From Hypanus sabinus (Eukaryota): a stretch of 64,000 nucleotides of DNA. Position numbers and translations under genes: made by a program. This document shows, piece by piece, positions 32,225-45,900 of the stretch (its first letter is position 1; each line of letters begins with the position of its first letter). The notes below the pieces were generated by a model, which did no database searches, was not told where the DNA came from, and saw nothing but the letters and a program-made list of their open reading frames with translations. Where the stretch lies: NCBI RefSeq assembly GCF_030144855.1, contig NC_082722.1, forward strand, positions 12,028,001 to 12,092,000, in the 5' to 3' direction.

Positions 32225-35200
32225 GGTTGAACGGTGCATGACTGCGTAAGCGCGTGAAAATCGGCCCGTGAGGCAGCAAGAGAGTTAAAAAGCGAGCAGA
32301 TTAACGGAGCAGGCGACAGATTAGTGGGAGACAGTAGGAAGGCTTTGGCTCGAGAGGCTGAGGACGAGCTTCGCTCCAAGTGAGGTAAGGCCGGGTAAAT
32401 TCCTTTAATTAATTTAATTACTTTAGGAACAGGTAATGGAGGCAGCAGTTAGGGCAGTTGAATGCTTCGTTTGCAGTATATAGGAAATCAGGACAAGCAC
32501 AAATGTCCCCGATGACTACACTGGTAAAAGGTGCATCTAGCTGCAGCTCCTGACAAACCATGTTAGGGAACTGGAGCTGGAGCTGGATGAACTTCGGATC
32601 ATTCGGGAGGCAGAGGCAGAAACAGGCAGGAGTTACAGGGAGATAGTCACCCCTAGGAGTCAGGAGACAGGTAGTTGGGTGACTAACAGGAGAGAGAATG
32701 GGAATAGACAGTGTTATGAAGGTACCACAGCTCTGAGGGGCCGAAGGAGAGAATCGTAAGAGCACCCGTTGAAGGGGGGGGGGGGTCAGTAGACCCAGTC
32801 GGAGAGAGAGAGAGAGATACGTGTCAAGTTGCAGGTACCACCAGCAATACAGAGTAAAGACAACAGCGACTATTGTCTCATTGAGACCACGTGTAAAGCC
32901 CTCGGGCAAGGTGGGCTGGTTGAGAGAGAGATTGCATCATCCCAACCTGATTGACACCTGCGACCCCGTGAGGAAGTATAAAGGAGAGTCTCAGGGGGAC
33001 AGCCCCTCAGACGCACCAAGAAGACACGAGAGTGTCCCGCAGCAGCGGGAAGCCATTCGGAAGGAAGCCACGTGCGTTAGATTCCGGGATTGGAATTTGT
33101 GGCTGGGATCACAGGAAACCGCGTTTAACTGATATCGGGGAGAGGAAGCCAACGCTCCCCCGATTTTCACGGAAGATTCATCGAGACTCGGCAAGTCCTT
33201 TCTCTTCTCCCCCCACAATCTCTCTCTCTCGGGCGCCCCACGAAAAACCCAGCGATTTCCAACGGACTGAGGCCGGCAGGCTTTCAGAGTGACGTTTATA
33301 TTTCCAACGGACAATCTATTAACCCCTAGACATCAACAGAGCTCATTTAAGAATGATGATTATTAATATACCCGCGCTTTAAATTGAGTATTGACAATGT
33401 GACTTATCTGAATGTATGTATTAACCCTACCTTTGTGTCCCTTTACGAATAAAACATTTGAAAATAGTGACACCAGACTTCAACAGACCTCTCTATCTTT
33501 GCTGGTAAGTTATCCAGTTACGAGATACCTAACAACAGGAAGAGCAGAGCACCCCTGTGGCCGTTCCCATCAACAATAAGTATACCGTTTTGTATACTGT
33601 TGGTGGGGACTACCTACCAGGGACAAGTTGCAGTGGTTGCGTCTTTGGCACCAAGACTGGACCCTCAGCTCAGAGGGAAGAGGGAAAAGAGGAGAGCAGT
33701 AGTGATAGTGGATTCGATAGTTAGGGGGACAGATAAGAGGTTCTGTGGACGAGATCGAGAATCCCGGACGGTCTGTTGCCTCCCTGGTGCCAGGGTCCAC
33801 GATATCTCGGATCAGGTTCTTAGTATTCTCAAGAGGGAGGGTGAGCAGCCGGGTGTCGTGGTCCATGTAGGGACCAACGACGTGGGTAGGAAGAGTGAGG
33901 AGGTCTGAAAGATGAGTTTAGGGAGTTAGGCACCAAGTTAAATGACAGGACCTCCAGGATAGCAATCTCAGGATTGCTACCAGTGCCAAGTGTAAGCGGG
34001 TTTAGAAATCGTAAGATAGCTCAGATCAACACGTGGCTGAAGACATGGAGCAGGAGGGAGGGCTTCAGATTTATAGATAATTGGGCAGTTTTCCAAGGAA
34101 GGTGGGACCTGTTACAGAGGGACGGTTTATGTCTGAACTAGAGGGGGACAAGTATTCTTGCAGGTAGGTTTGCTAGAGAGTTGCTAGGATTTATCTAGAT
34201 ACAAGGGTGGAGGGGAACCAAAGTGTAGAAACAGATGTATGGGAGAAGGAAGAAAAAGAAGATAGTAAAGTTGTTTGCACCGTTAGTGATCAACAGAGAG
34301 TAAGAGGTGGGAAATTTCTTAAATGCATTTATTTTAATGCTCGGAGCATTGTAAGAAAGATGGATCAGCTTAGAGCATGGATTGATACCTGGAACTATGA
34401 CGTTTAGTGAAACATGGTTGCAGGAGGGGTGTGATTGGCTACTAAATATTACTGCATTTCGTTGCTTCAGGTGTGATAGATTCGGAAGGGCAAGAGGGGG
34501 AGGTGTTGCATTGCTTGTCAGAGAAAATACTACAGTGGTGCTCTGGCAGGATAGATCTGAGGAGGCTATTTGGGTGGAATTGAGGAATGGGGGATTTTAA
34601 TTTTCCTCACATAGACTGCGAAGGGGCTTGATGGTTTGGAGTCTGTAAAATGTGTGCAGGGTAGTTTTTGCAGCAATACATAGAGGTACCAAATAGAGAA
34701 GGGGCCGTGTTGGACCTCCTGTTAGGGAATGAGACAGGTCAGGTGACGGAGATATCTTCTGGGGAGCACTTCGGGTCCAGTGACCACAATGCCATTAGTT
34801 TCAATATAATTATGGAGAACGATCGGACTGGACCCAGGACTGAGATTGTTGGTTGGAGAAAGGCCAACTTTGAGGAGATGCAAAAGGATTTAGAAGGAGT
34901 GGATTGGGACAATTTGTTTTATGTGAAGGATATAATATTAAACTGGAGGTCTTTTAAAGGTGAAATTTTGAGGGTACAGAATCGTCATGTTCCTATAAGG
35001 TTGAAAGAAAAGGCTAAAAGTTTGTGAGAGCCATGGTTTTCAAGGGATACTGGAAACTTGGTTCGGAAAAGAGAGCTATCTACAATAAATATCGGCAGCA
35101 TGGAGTAGGTGAGATGCTCGAGGAATATACAGAATGTAAAAACAGTCTGAGGAAAGAAATTAGAAAAGCTAAAAGAAGTTACGAGGTTGCTTTGGCAAGT

Positions 35201-35262
35201 AAGATGAAAATAAATCCAAAGGATTTCAACAGTTATAATAATAGCAAATGGTTAGTGAGGGA
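32225..35262 (+). mobile_element. CR1 LINE 5' portion (ORF1 zinc finger/esterase, start of ORF2), interrupted by a solo LTR
   Basis: VRELELELDELRIIRE before the LTR. After it: VIVDSIVRGTDKRFCG, CCLPGARV, HVGTNDVG, CIYFNARSI, SDHNAISF. Confidence 0.92.
32712..33534 (+). mobile_element. Solo LTR (third family, 823 bp)
   Basis: TGTTATG...CTAACA, exact 4-bp TSD ACAG (32708-32711 / 33535-33538), internal AATAAA near 33450. CR1 ORF1 resumes across it. Confidence 0.88.
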
Positions 35263-37107
35263 TTTTTGATTCGGAACAAGGCAGCGAGAGGGCACATAAA
35301 GAATTCCGGCAGGAAGAAATTTTGAGTTCTTGACGAATGAGAGAGGCCAGACTGCGCAGGCGTGTGACGTCAGCCAGTTGAGCGCGAACAGTTTATAAAG
35401 GGTAAGGAATCTGCAGAAGTTTTTGATTTGGAACAAGAAGGTAGCGGGAGAGCACCCAAGGATTTCTAGCTGGAAAACATTGAGTTCTCAGGGGAAGAGA
35501 GAGACCAGACTGCGCAGGCTCGTGACGTCAGCCAGTTGAGCGCGAACAGTTTAAAAAGAAGGCAGCCAAATTGAAAAAAAATAGGAATGAAATTAATAGT
35601 TTGGCTACGCAAGAAATCAGGAAAAATTTAACGTTTCTGAAACAGAGACTTTATGAAAGTGGATCAAAGTCAATGAAAATTCTGGCGTGGAAACTGAAAA
35701 ATAAGAGCAGAAAATACAATTCATAGAATTGGGAACCCAAGAACGAAGAAGATAAAAAATAAGCTAAGTTAAATACAAGCTTTTGAAGTGTTTTACAAAA
35801 CTCTATATTCCAAACTTCCAGTGGGAAGCATAACCCAAATTGACTTAAATTAAGCAAGTCACCAAGATCAGATGGGTACAGCAGAGTGGTTGAAAGAATT
35901 TAAAAATGAGTTAATTCCTGTTTTACTCCCCACACTGAACTGGGCTCTAAAAAAAGACCACCCAGTTGGAAGGAAGCGATAATCTCAGCTATACCAAAAG
36001 GATAAAATGGAATGCGGGTCATTTAGACCAATATCTGTTCTTAATGTAGATTATACATTATTTACCACCATCGTGGCCAAAAAATTAGAGGAGTTTCTAC
36101 CCATACTGATACATAACGATCAGATGTGTTTGGCGTTGTCATACAAAACCTAAGACAATATAAGAAGGACTCTTCACATTATGGATCATATACAAAAAAT
36201 AAAATCGAAGCAATAGTGATAAGTGTGGACGCTGAAAAGGCATTTGATTTGGTTAATTGGAATTTTCTTTGGAGAGTTTTACATAGATTTGGTTTCCAAG
36301 ACACAATTATTAAAACTATACAGACACTATATGACAACCCTACTGGTAGGATGAAAGTCAATGGATATTTATTAAATAGTCTTACCCTAGAAAAGGACAC
36401 AAGACAGGGTTGTGCATGGTCACCGCTACTCTTCACATTATATCTGGAACCATTAGCTCAATACAGACAAAATGAAGATATCAGGGGAATTACTATTAAA
36501 GGGACAGAGCATAAATTGGCTTGTTCCGTGGATGACATTTTGATCTATCTAGGGCAACTCTTTACCTAAATTGATGCAATCCTTTGAACAATATGGTCAA
36601 TTATCAGGATACAAGATCAACATAGATAAAACCCAATTACTTTCATATTACTATAGCCCACCAAGAGAAATTGAAAGTAGATATCCCTGGGCATGGCAAA
36701 CAGAGTCTTTCAAATATTTGGGTATCATTATGCCAAAATATTTGGAAAAATTATCAGAATGTAATTATCAGCCTTTATATAAGAAAACTAAGAAGATATG
36801 GCAAGATGAAACCCGATTCCTTTTTTCAGTCTCAGTTCAAGGATTCAGCCTATTAAAATGAATATACTGCCCAAGACTGTTATATCTCTTTCAGACCCTA
36901 CCAATAGAGATTAATCAAAATCAATTCAATGAATGGAACAAGATGTTATCAAGTTATATTTGGCAGGGTAAAAGGCCTAGAGTTAGTCTCAAAACTTTGC
37001 AATTAGCAAAGGAAAAGGGGGGATGTGGCCTACCTTCTCTTACTGATTATTATTTTGCAGCACAGTTGAGAGCAGTGATATGTTGGTGCAACCCATCATA
37101 GGATGCT

Positions 37108-39813
37108 TTTTACACGGGGGCGACGGAGGAGAACCCAAGTGCAGGACACTGGAACGTCGACTCAGTTGGGGAGGCTGGCGTAGACCTTAACGTAGAGCAG
37201 GAAACCAGAGGGACCTTGACATGGAGACGGGATTCACAGAGACTCTCTAGAAACTAGAGCAGAACTTCGAACTAACGGTTCTAATCGGAACAAGGAACGA
37301 AGTATCACACGAGAATTGACCAACGAACTGGCAACCTGTGATAGAGTCGTCCTCGTATTTATTTCCCAGTCTCTGATGAAAGCCAGGTGTTCCATTATTG
37401 GGTAACTAGCAGCAATTGACTGAAATTGGGGCATGATATAAAAAAAAAGAAGTCTTAAAGGGGAACGGCCGACCGGAACCATGACAGTACCCTCCCCCCT
37501 CAATGGGAGCCTCCCGGCGATCCTCCAGGCCTGCCTGGATGGTCCCGATGGAAGTCCTGGATGAGGGAAGGATCTAGGATAAAGGAGTGGGAGACCCAAG
37601 AACGTTCTTCAGGACCGTACCCTCCCAGTCCACCAGGTATTGGAGGCCCTTGTCCCGATGGCGCACATCGAGCAGTCGTCGGACAGTGTATGCCGGATGG
37701 TTGTCGATGAGCCGGGCAGGGGGAGTCTCTGCTGGGGGACACAAAGGGCTGACGGAGACTGGTTTTATCTGGTACACATGAAAGTCTGGGTGAATACGCA
37801 TGGACTTAGGCAGCGTGAGGCGGACCGCTGGAGGGTTGATAATCCTTTCGACCTTGAATGGTCCCAGGAAGGGGGGGGGGGGGCGAGTTTCCTAGGTTCG
37901 CATTTGAGCGGGATGTCCTTGGCAGAAAGTCAAACCATATGACCAGGTTGGTACTCTGGTGCCGGAGTCCGGTGTCGGTCGGCCGTTTTCTTATTTCGGT
38001 TTGTTGATCTGAGTAGGGCCGTGCGAGTCTCCTCCCAAACCTTCCGGCACCGATCAACATGGTTCCGAACTGACGGTACAGCGATCTCTTCTTCCTGCGC
38101 GGGGAACAGCGGAGGTTGGTACCCAAGGGAGCATTCGAACGGGGACCTCCCAATGGCAGAGCTTACCGGGGAGTTGTGGGCGTACTCAATCAACGGGAGA
38201 TGGTCGCTCCAGGTTGACGCCAACGTAACGTCTCCTCCAGGTCTTGATTGACCCGTTCCGTCTGCCCGTTCGTCTGGGGGTGGAAGCCGGATACAGGGCT
38301 CAGACAGAAGGGCTCGACAGAAGGCTCTTCATACCTGCGAGACGAACTGGAGACCCCGAACGGAGAGGATGTCCGCGCGGATTCCGTGGAGGCGGAAGAC
38401 GTGGCGGACGAGAAGATCTGCGGTTTCTTGCGAGGATGGGAGTTTAGGGAGGGTTACAAAATGTACCGCCTTGGAGAATCGGTCTACCACGATGAGGACA
38501 GTTGTGTTTCCGCGGGAAGGGGGTAGACCGGTGACGAAGTCTAAAGCGACGTGGGACCAGGGACGCCCAGGCACTGGTAGGGGACGGAGTAATCCCGCAG
38601 GTGGCCGATGGGAGGCTTTTCCACGGGCGCGGACGGAACATGCGGAAACATAGGAATGGGTGTCAGCGCCCGCCAGCAATGCCTCTTCAGGAGGGTCAGG
38701 GTCCGATCTACTCCGGGATGGCAGGCGAAGCGAGAAGTGTGCCCCCACAGTAGGACCTGTGATCGAACAGAATCGGGTACAAAGAGGCGATTGGGAGGTT
38801 CGGTGCCTGGGTCGGGTTGCGTCCTTTGGGCTTCTTTGACTTTGAACTTGATCTCCCAGGTGAGGGCATCCACTATCCCGGATGGTGAAAGAATGGTCTC
38901 GGGGTTGGGAATATCCTCCTCAGAAACGTATTGGCGGGAGATGGCATCGGGCTTCCCGTTCTTGGACTCCGGACTATAGGTGAGGGAGAACCTGAACCGG
39001 CCAAAAAATAACGCCCAACGGGCCTGGCGGGAATTCAGGCGTTTGGCGGACTGGATATATTCAAGATTCTTGAGGTCTGTCCAGACGATAAATGGGTGTT
39101 CCGCCCCCTTCAACCAATGCCTCCACTCTTCCAACGCCAGTTTGACCACTAGTAGCTTCCGGTTCCCCACGTCGTAGTTTCGTTCAGCGGGAGACATTCG
39201 GCGAGAGAAGAAGGCACAGGGATGTAGTTTCAGATCCGGGCCCGAACGTTGCGACAGTACCGCTCCCACCCCGGAGTCAGAGGTGTCAACCTCCACAATG
39301 AACTGACAGGAGGGGTTCGGTTGAATCAGAACGGGGGCAGACGTGAATTGCCTCTTCAGTTCGGCGAATGCTGAGTCCGCCTCGGAGTTCCAAAGGAAAG
39401 GGGTGGCAGGTAGGTAAGTCGGGTAAAGGGAGGCGCCACCTGACTGTAGTTTCTGATGAACCGGCGATAGAAGTTCGCAAACCCCAGGAACCGTTGGAGT
39501 TGCTTGCGGTCTGTGGGTTTGGGCCACTCCGCCACAGCCCGGATTTTCTCGGGATCAGCTCCCATCTGTCCCCTCTCGATGATATAACCTAGGAAGCTGA
39601 CCGAGCGGACGTGGAATTCGCATTTCTCCACCTTTACGAATAATTTATTCTCCCCCAGCCTCTGCAGGACTTGACGGACATGGTGCACGTGTTGCTGGGG
39701 ACTGCTGGAAAAGATCAGGATGTCATCCAGGTGGACAGACACAAAGCGGTTAATGAAGTCTCTTAGTACGTCGTTAAACAAGGCTTGAAAAACTGCGGGG
39801 GCATTGGTGAGGC
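37108..39813 (-). mobile_element. Gypsy chromovirus (Sushi-like) provirus, 5' half deleted: RT-RNaseH-IN-chromodomain-3' LTR
   Basis: [83 protein letters not shown], then LTR 37108-37486. Confidence 0.95.
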
Positions 39814-40340
39814 TCAATGGAAAAACATTGAGGAGCGGGTGCTTCCCATCCCCATACAAGCAATTTTGGCTGATAACAACCTGCATAGGTACATAAATAC
39901 GATTGATAACCCATGGGAGAATTTGACTCTTAAAATATGGAAAACTACTATAAAAGAATATAATCTAGAGGGAGATTTTGCAATTTTTAAATGGTGTGCA
40001 TATGACTCGGATTTTACAGCAAATAAATTGGATGCTACATTTAAGGACTAGACAGCTAAAGGAATAACAGTTCTTTACAACATAATGAAAGAAGGAACAC
40101 TGTTCAGCTTTGAAATGCTTAAAGAGAAACACTTATTAGAAAAACAAGATATTTATCGGTATTTACAGATACGACAATATGTTAATAAGACGCTTAAAAT
40201 GTAACCAAAGCAAGTACATGCTAGATAGAGCTATTTAAAAAAAACATATAATTCAGATAACGGCAGTAGAATCATTTCAAGCTTGTATAAAGGGTTGTGA
40301 AATATTGAAACACATTCGACTTCATACATTCAAACAAAAT

Positions 40341-42909
40341 TGTTACACGGACGTGGCTGGAAAAACGAACCCGAGTGCAGGACTCTGACACGAAGGCAAG
40401 ATCAGGAGATCCAATAGTCGTCGGATGGTGAAGGCTGGATGGTTGTCAATGATTCGGGCTGGTGGGAGAGTATCGGGCGGTGGACACAAGGGGCTGACCG
40501 AAACTAGATTAACTTGAGAAACATGGAAGGTAGGGTGGATGCGTAGGGAACTTGGTATCTTCAGTCGGACCGCCGTAGGATTGATAACCCGTTCGACCCT
40601 GAACGGACCTAGGAAGCGAGGAATTTACTATGCTCATCCTCGCTTCTTTTACCACGGACTCGATCTCCCAGGTGAGGGAAGCCACCACACAGGACGGGGG
40701 TATGATCGTCTCTGGACTGGAGGTGTCCTCCCTTGCATCATATTGGCGGGAGAGTGCGTCCGGCTTTCCGTTCTTGGACCCTGGACGGTAAGCGATGGTA
40801 AACTTGAATCGCCCAAAGAATAATGACCAACGGGCCTGGCGGGAGTTCAGGCGCTTGGCGGTTTGAATATACCCCAGGTTTTTGTGATCTGGCCAGACAA
40901 CGAATGGATGCTCTGCCCCCTCTAGCCAGTGCTTCCATTCTTCCAACGCCAGTCTGACCGCCAATAATTCTCGATTTCTCACGTCATAATTCCGTTCCGC
41001 GGGGAACAATCGGCGGGAAAAGAAGGAACAGGGGTGAACCTTTTCGTCCGTACCCGACCATTGGGACAGGACTGCTCCTACCCCGGAATCTGAAGCGTCT
41101 ACCTCCACGATGAATCAGGATGGGGGCGGCGGTGAAGCGTCTCTTTAAGTTAGTGAATGCCGCTTCCGCTTCGGCGTCCCAAGAAAAGGGTGTGGAGGGC
41201 GAGGTAAGCCGGGTGAGGGGGGCGGCCACCCGACTGTAGTCACTGATAAAACAGCGGTAGAAGTTTGCGAACCCCAGGAACCGTTGGAGTTGCTTCCCTA
41301 GGCCATTCCTCCACCGCACGGATCTTCTCGGGGTCCTTTCTCACCTGCCAGCCTTCGATGATGTATCCTAGATAGATTACCGAAGGGACATGAAACTCAC
41401 ATTTCTCTGCCTTCACTGGTTTTCCCATAGCTTCTGAAGGACTCTACGGACCTGACGAACATGTTCTTGCAGAGTGTGGGAAAAAAATCAGAATGTCGGC
41501 TAGATAGACGAACACGAAACGGTTAATAAAGTCCCTTAAGACATCGTTGATGAAGGCCTGGAAAACGGCGGGGGCATTCGTAAGGCCAAACGGAATTAAC
41601 AGATATTCAAAATGGCCCAGAGGGTTGTTAAAGTCCGTCTTCCACTCATCCCCTTCCCGTTTCCTAACGAGGTGGTAGGCATTCTGTAGGTCCAGCTTGG
41701 AAAAGGTAATTCCGTGTAGCGGGTCGAAGTCTAAACTAATGAGAGTTAAGGGGTACTTGTTCCTAATGGTGATATTGTTCAAGCTTCGATAATCGATGCA
41801 GGGGCGAAACGATCCATCTTTCTTCTCCACAAAGAAGAACCCGGCGCCCACAGGAGAGGAAGAGGACCTGATGAGGCCCGCTGCGGGGGACTCGCCCAGG
41901 TATTTCTCCAGGTATTTCACTAATTCATCTTCTATCTTGTCGGAGGGACCCCGTCAAAACACTTCCTGTAGTGCATCGTCATTCAGGGTCGGCCGCGAAT
42001 ATTCGGAACTCTGCGGAGTATTTCGCTATGCTTTGCGAGCCCTGACAGAGAGTCAGAAGGCGCCTAACGGCGTCCTTCTCGCGAATGGGCTGTTCAAAGA
42101 CCTTCCTCATTTCGGAGACGAAGGTGGAGAAGGAGGAACAGATCTCTGGCCGGTTGTCTCAGATCGCGGTGGCCCATGATAAGGCTTCTCCTCGTAACAG
42201 CCTCATGATGTACGCAATCTTTGATCTGTCCGAGCTGTACGTACGTGGCTGTTGCTCAAAAACCAGAGTGCACTGCAGTAAGCAAGCCCGGCACTTCCCT
42301 AGGTCCCCGGCGCAGGGTTCTGGTTCGGGAACATACGGCTCTCGAGGAGATCTTGTTGCCGGTTCCAGGGGCACAGAAGGTCCAGGTTGCCCGGACGTGT
42401 CGGCCGGAGTTCTCGGGGGTTGAGGCGGACCAAGGAAGACGGGCAGCCGGTCCACCCGCTCACTGACCTTTCCCACACTTGTAGCCAGCGAATGGAGGTG
42501 TTCCATAACTTCCCGGAGCAATTGGTCGTGGGCGCCCAGCAACTGGCCACTGCAGTTGGCAGGAAAAACGAACCCAAGTGCAGGACTCTGACACGAAGGC
42601 AAGATCAGGAGGCAGAATCTCCGTAGCGAGCGCAGAATCGAGACCAGGCTGAGTCAGTACTAGGTAGGCTTGATTCACGAAGAGATACGGGGTTGAAGAC
42701 TTGGAGCAAGGTTCCTCTCTTTCTGAGAGTTGACCAACAATCTGGCAAGGGCTGACTGGAGCTGTCGGGATCTTATCCTCTAGTGTCTAATGGAAACCAG
42801 GTACTGGTGATTGAGCGGAATTGGGAAAGATTGGGAATCAAGTGTGGGGATTAAGGACCATTTAGGGAGGAAAGCGAAAAGGTGGGAAATGCCATCCAGG
42901 ACCATGACA
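40341..42909 (-). mobile_element. Internally deleted Gypsy provirus (LTR, gag, RT, RNaseH pieces, truncated 3' LTR)
   Basis: Exact 5-bp TSD AAAAT (40336-40340 / 42910-42914). gag EPEPCAGDLGKCRACLLQC..KIAY; [34 protein letters not shown]; RNase[14 protein letters not shown]. Confidence 0.93.
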
Positions 42910-45900
42910 AAAATGGGGGAAGGAAGGAGGGATAATTATATCTGAGGAAGAATGTACAATAATATGGAGGTATCAATGGAAGTGTACCAGTTCACAGAAC
43001 TGGAGTTTGTGAACTGGAGTTCACAGTGGGAGTTTGGATGAAAAAACTTGATAAGATATTTTATTACAACCTCTCAGAAATCCCATTATAACAGTAACCT
43101 CCCTGTTTGCTGGGGAAATTGTGGAAATCAAAATGCAAATCATTATCATATTTTTTGGCACTGCCCTGTTATCAAAGACTATTGGAGGGGGATACACAAT
43201 GCCCTACAAGACATCTTTAAATGTGAAATACTCTTAGCGAATAAGACCGTATATTTTGGATATATACCTCAAGAATGGTTGAAAAGAGATAAATATTTAA
43301 TGAATATACTATTGGTGGCTAGTAAAATGACCCTTACTAGGAAATGATTATCACAGGAGCGCCCAACTTTAAATGCATGGATGGAAATTACAATGGACAT
43401 TTACAAAATGGAGAAGATAACAGCATCTGTTAATCATAAGCTGGAACAATTTGATTCATACTGGAAAAATGGTTTAACTACATAATGCCTCATAGGCCTG
43501 ATTTTATTCTCACAAATCAATGAATATGTTGTAAAAAAAAAGATCACTCCCTACTTGTACATAGTTTTTTCCTTTTGCTTGTTTTTTTCTTTCCACTCTT
43601 TTCTATAAGTGTACACCGCAGATAAACACTATGTGATTTGTGACATATATGCTTATATGATATATATGTACAATGTCTGAAATACACATTATGGAAATGT
43701 TTGTTTTAATGATGAACTTCAATAAAAAATAAATTACAAAAATAAAAGAAGGCAGCCATATCCAGTGGGCAGCGTTGGGGGCGGGCAGCGGAGTGAGAGC
43801 CAGCAGAGTGAAAGGGCTTTGGCTTAATGGGTTTCGACGGTAACGGGACGAGGCGAGACAGTTGTTGATTGCAAAAGGAAGTAGTATGTGTGTGAGACCG
43901 GTTTTCTGTGGTTGGTGTCAGATGTGGGAGATCCTGGAGTCTCCCGGCGTCCCGGACGGCCACATCTGTACCCGGTGCATCGAGATGCAACTCCTAAGGG
44001 ACCATGTTAGGGAACTGGAGATGAAGCTCGATGACCTTCGTCTGGTCAGGGAAAGTGAGGAGGTGATAGTGAGGAGTTACAGGCAGGTGGTCACTCTGGG
44101 GCCACGGGGGACAGAGAAATGGGTCACAGTCAGGAGAGGGAAGGTGAAGAGTCAGGTACTAGAGAGTACCCCTGTGGCTGTACTCCTTTGACAATAAGTA
44201 CTCCTGTTTGAGTACTGTTGGGGGGGGGGGTGGAGGGAACAACCTACCTGGGGTTCCTCTGGCACCGAGTCTGGCCCTGTGGCTCAGAAGGGTAGGGAAA
44301 GGAAGAGGAAGGCTGTGATAGGGGACTCTATAGTCAGGGGGTCAGACAGGCGATTCTGTGGACGCAGGAAAGAAACTCGGATGGTAGTTTGCCTCCCAGG
44401 TGCCAGGGTCTGGGATGTTTCTGATCGCGTCCAAGATAGCCTGCAGTGGGAGGGAGAACAGCCAGAGGTCGTGGTACACATTGGTACCAAGGACATAGGT
44501 AGGAAAAGGGAAGAGACCCTGAAAGAAGGGAGTTAGGAAGGAAGTTGAAAAGCATGACCTCAAAGGTAGTAATCTCGGGATTACTGCCTGTGCCACGCGA
44601 CAGTGAGAATAGGAATAGAATGAGGTGGAGGATAAATGCGTGGCTGAGGGAATGGAGCAGGGGGCAGGGATTCAGATTTCTGGATCATTGCGACCTCTTT
44701 TGGGGCGGATGTGTCCTGTACAAAAAGGACGGGTTGCGCTTGAATCCCAGGGGGACCAATATCCTGGTGGCAGGTTTGATAGAGCTGTTGGGGAATATTT
44801 GAAGTAGTTTGGCGGGGTAATCAGAATGTGAGTGCAGGGATTAAGGAAGAAGGACAAGGGCATGATGCTAAGAGTTCTGAGTTGACGAGGAAGGACAAGC
44901 AGGAGTTGAAGCATAATTGTAACCAGTTAAAGGGGGTTGAAATGCGTCTATTTCAATGCTAGTAGTATTAGGAACAAGGAGGATGAACTTACAGCATGGA
45001 ACGTACGTGGAACTACGATGTTGTGGCCGTTACTGAAACTTGGTTGGAGGAAGGGCAGGATTAGATGATGCAGGTCCCGGGGTTCAAGTGTTTTAAAAGG
45101 GGAGGTAGAAAGGGGGGGGGGAGTGGCATTGCTGGTCGGGGTAGTGTCACGGCTATAGAAAGGGAGGACGCTGCAGAGTGAGTGTCCACTGAGTCGGTCT
45201 GGGTGGAAGTCAGAAATAGGCAGGGATCAATCACTGTGCTGGGAGTAGTCTATAGGCCCCTAAATAGCCCTCGGGACACCAAGGAGCAGATAAGCAGGCG
45301 GATTTTAGAATGGTGCACAAAATACGGGTTAGTAGTTATGGGTGAATTCAACTTCTGTCATATTGACTGGCACCTCCTGAGTACAAGGGGGATAGATGGG
45401 GCTGAATTTGTCAGGTTTGACACAGTATGTGGACCAGCCGACCAGAGGAGAGGCTATATTGGATCTAGTTCTGGGTAATGAATCTAGTCAGGTGACAGAA
45501 CTCTTGGTGGGGGAGCATTTTAGTGAGAGTGACCACAACTCCCTTAGCTTCAGCATAGCTATGGAAAGGAATAAAATCAGACGAAATGGTAAACTGTTTA
45601 ACTGGGAAGGGCTAACTTTGAAGGAATGAGGCAGGAACTAGCGAGAGTAAATTGGAAACAGATGTTCAAAGGAGAAAGCACAGAAGTATTGTGGAGGAAG
45701 TTTAGAGACCACTTGTGCTGGATTCAGGATAGGTTTGTCCCACTGAGGCAGGGAAAAAATGGTAAGAAAAGGGAACTGTGGCTGACTAAACACGGGAGGC
45801 AACTCGTCAAGAGGAAAAAGGAAGCATATGTTAGATATAAGAAGCAGGAAGTAGGAGGGGCTCATGAGAAATACAGGCTAGCCAGGAAGGAGCTAAAGAA

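Larger units (their letters stand above)
35570..43743 (+). mobile_element. 5'-truncated L1-clade LINE (ORF2 RT to 3' end), itself split by two Gypsy insertions
   Basis: ISVDAEKAFD, TRQGCAWSPLLF, DDILIY, YKINIDKT, FKYLGI, C-terminal CWGNCG..HIFWHCP zinc knuckle, A-rich tail. 15-bp TSD AAAAGAAGGCAGCCA (35555-35569 / 43744-43758) at a TT|AAAA site. Confidence 0.93.
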
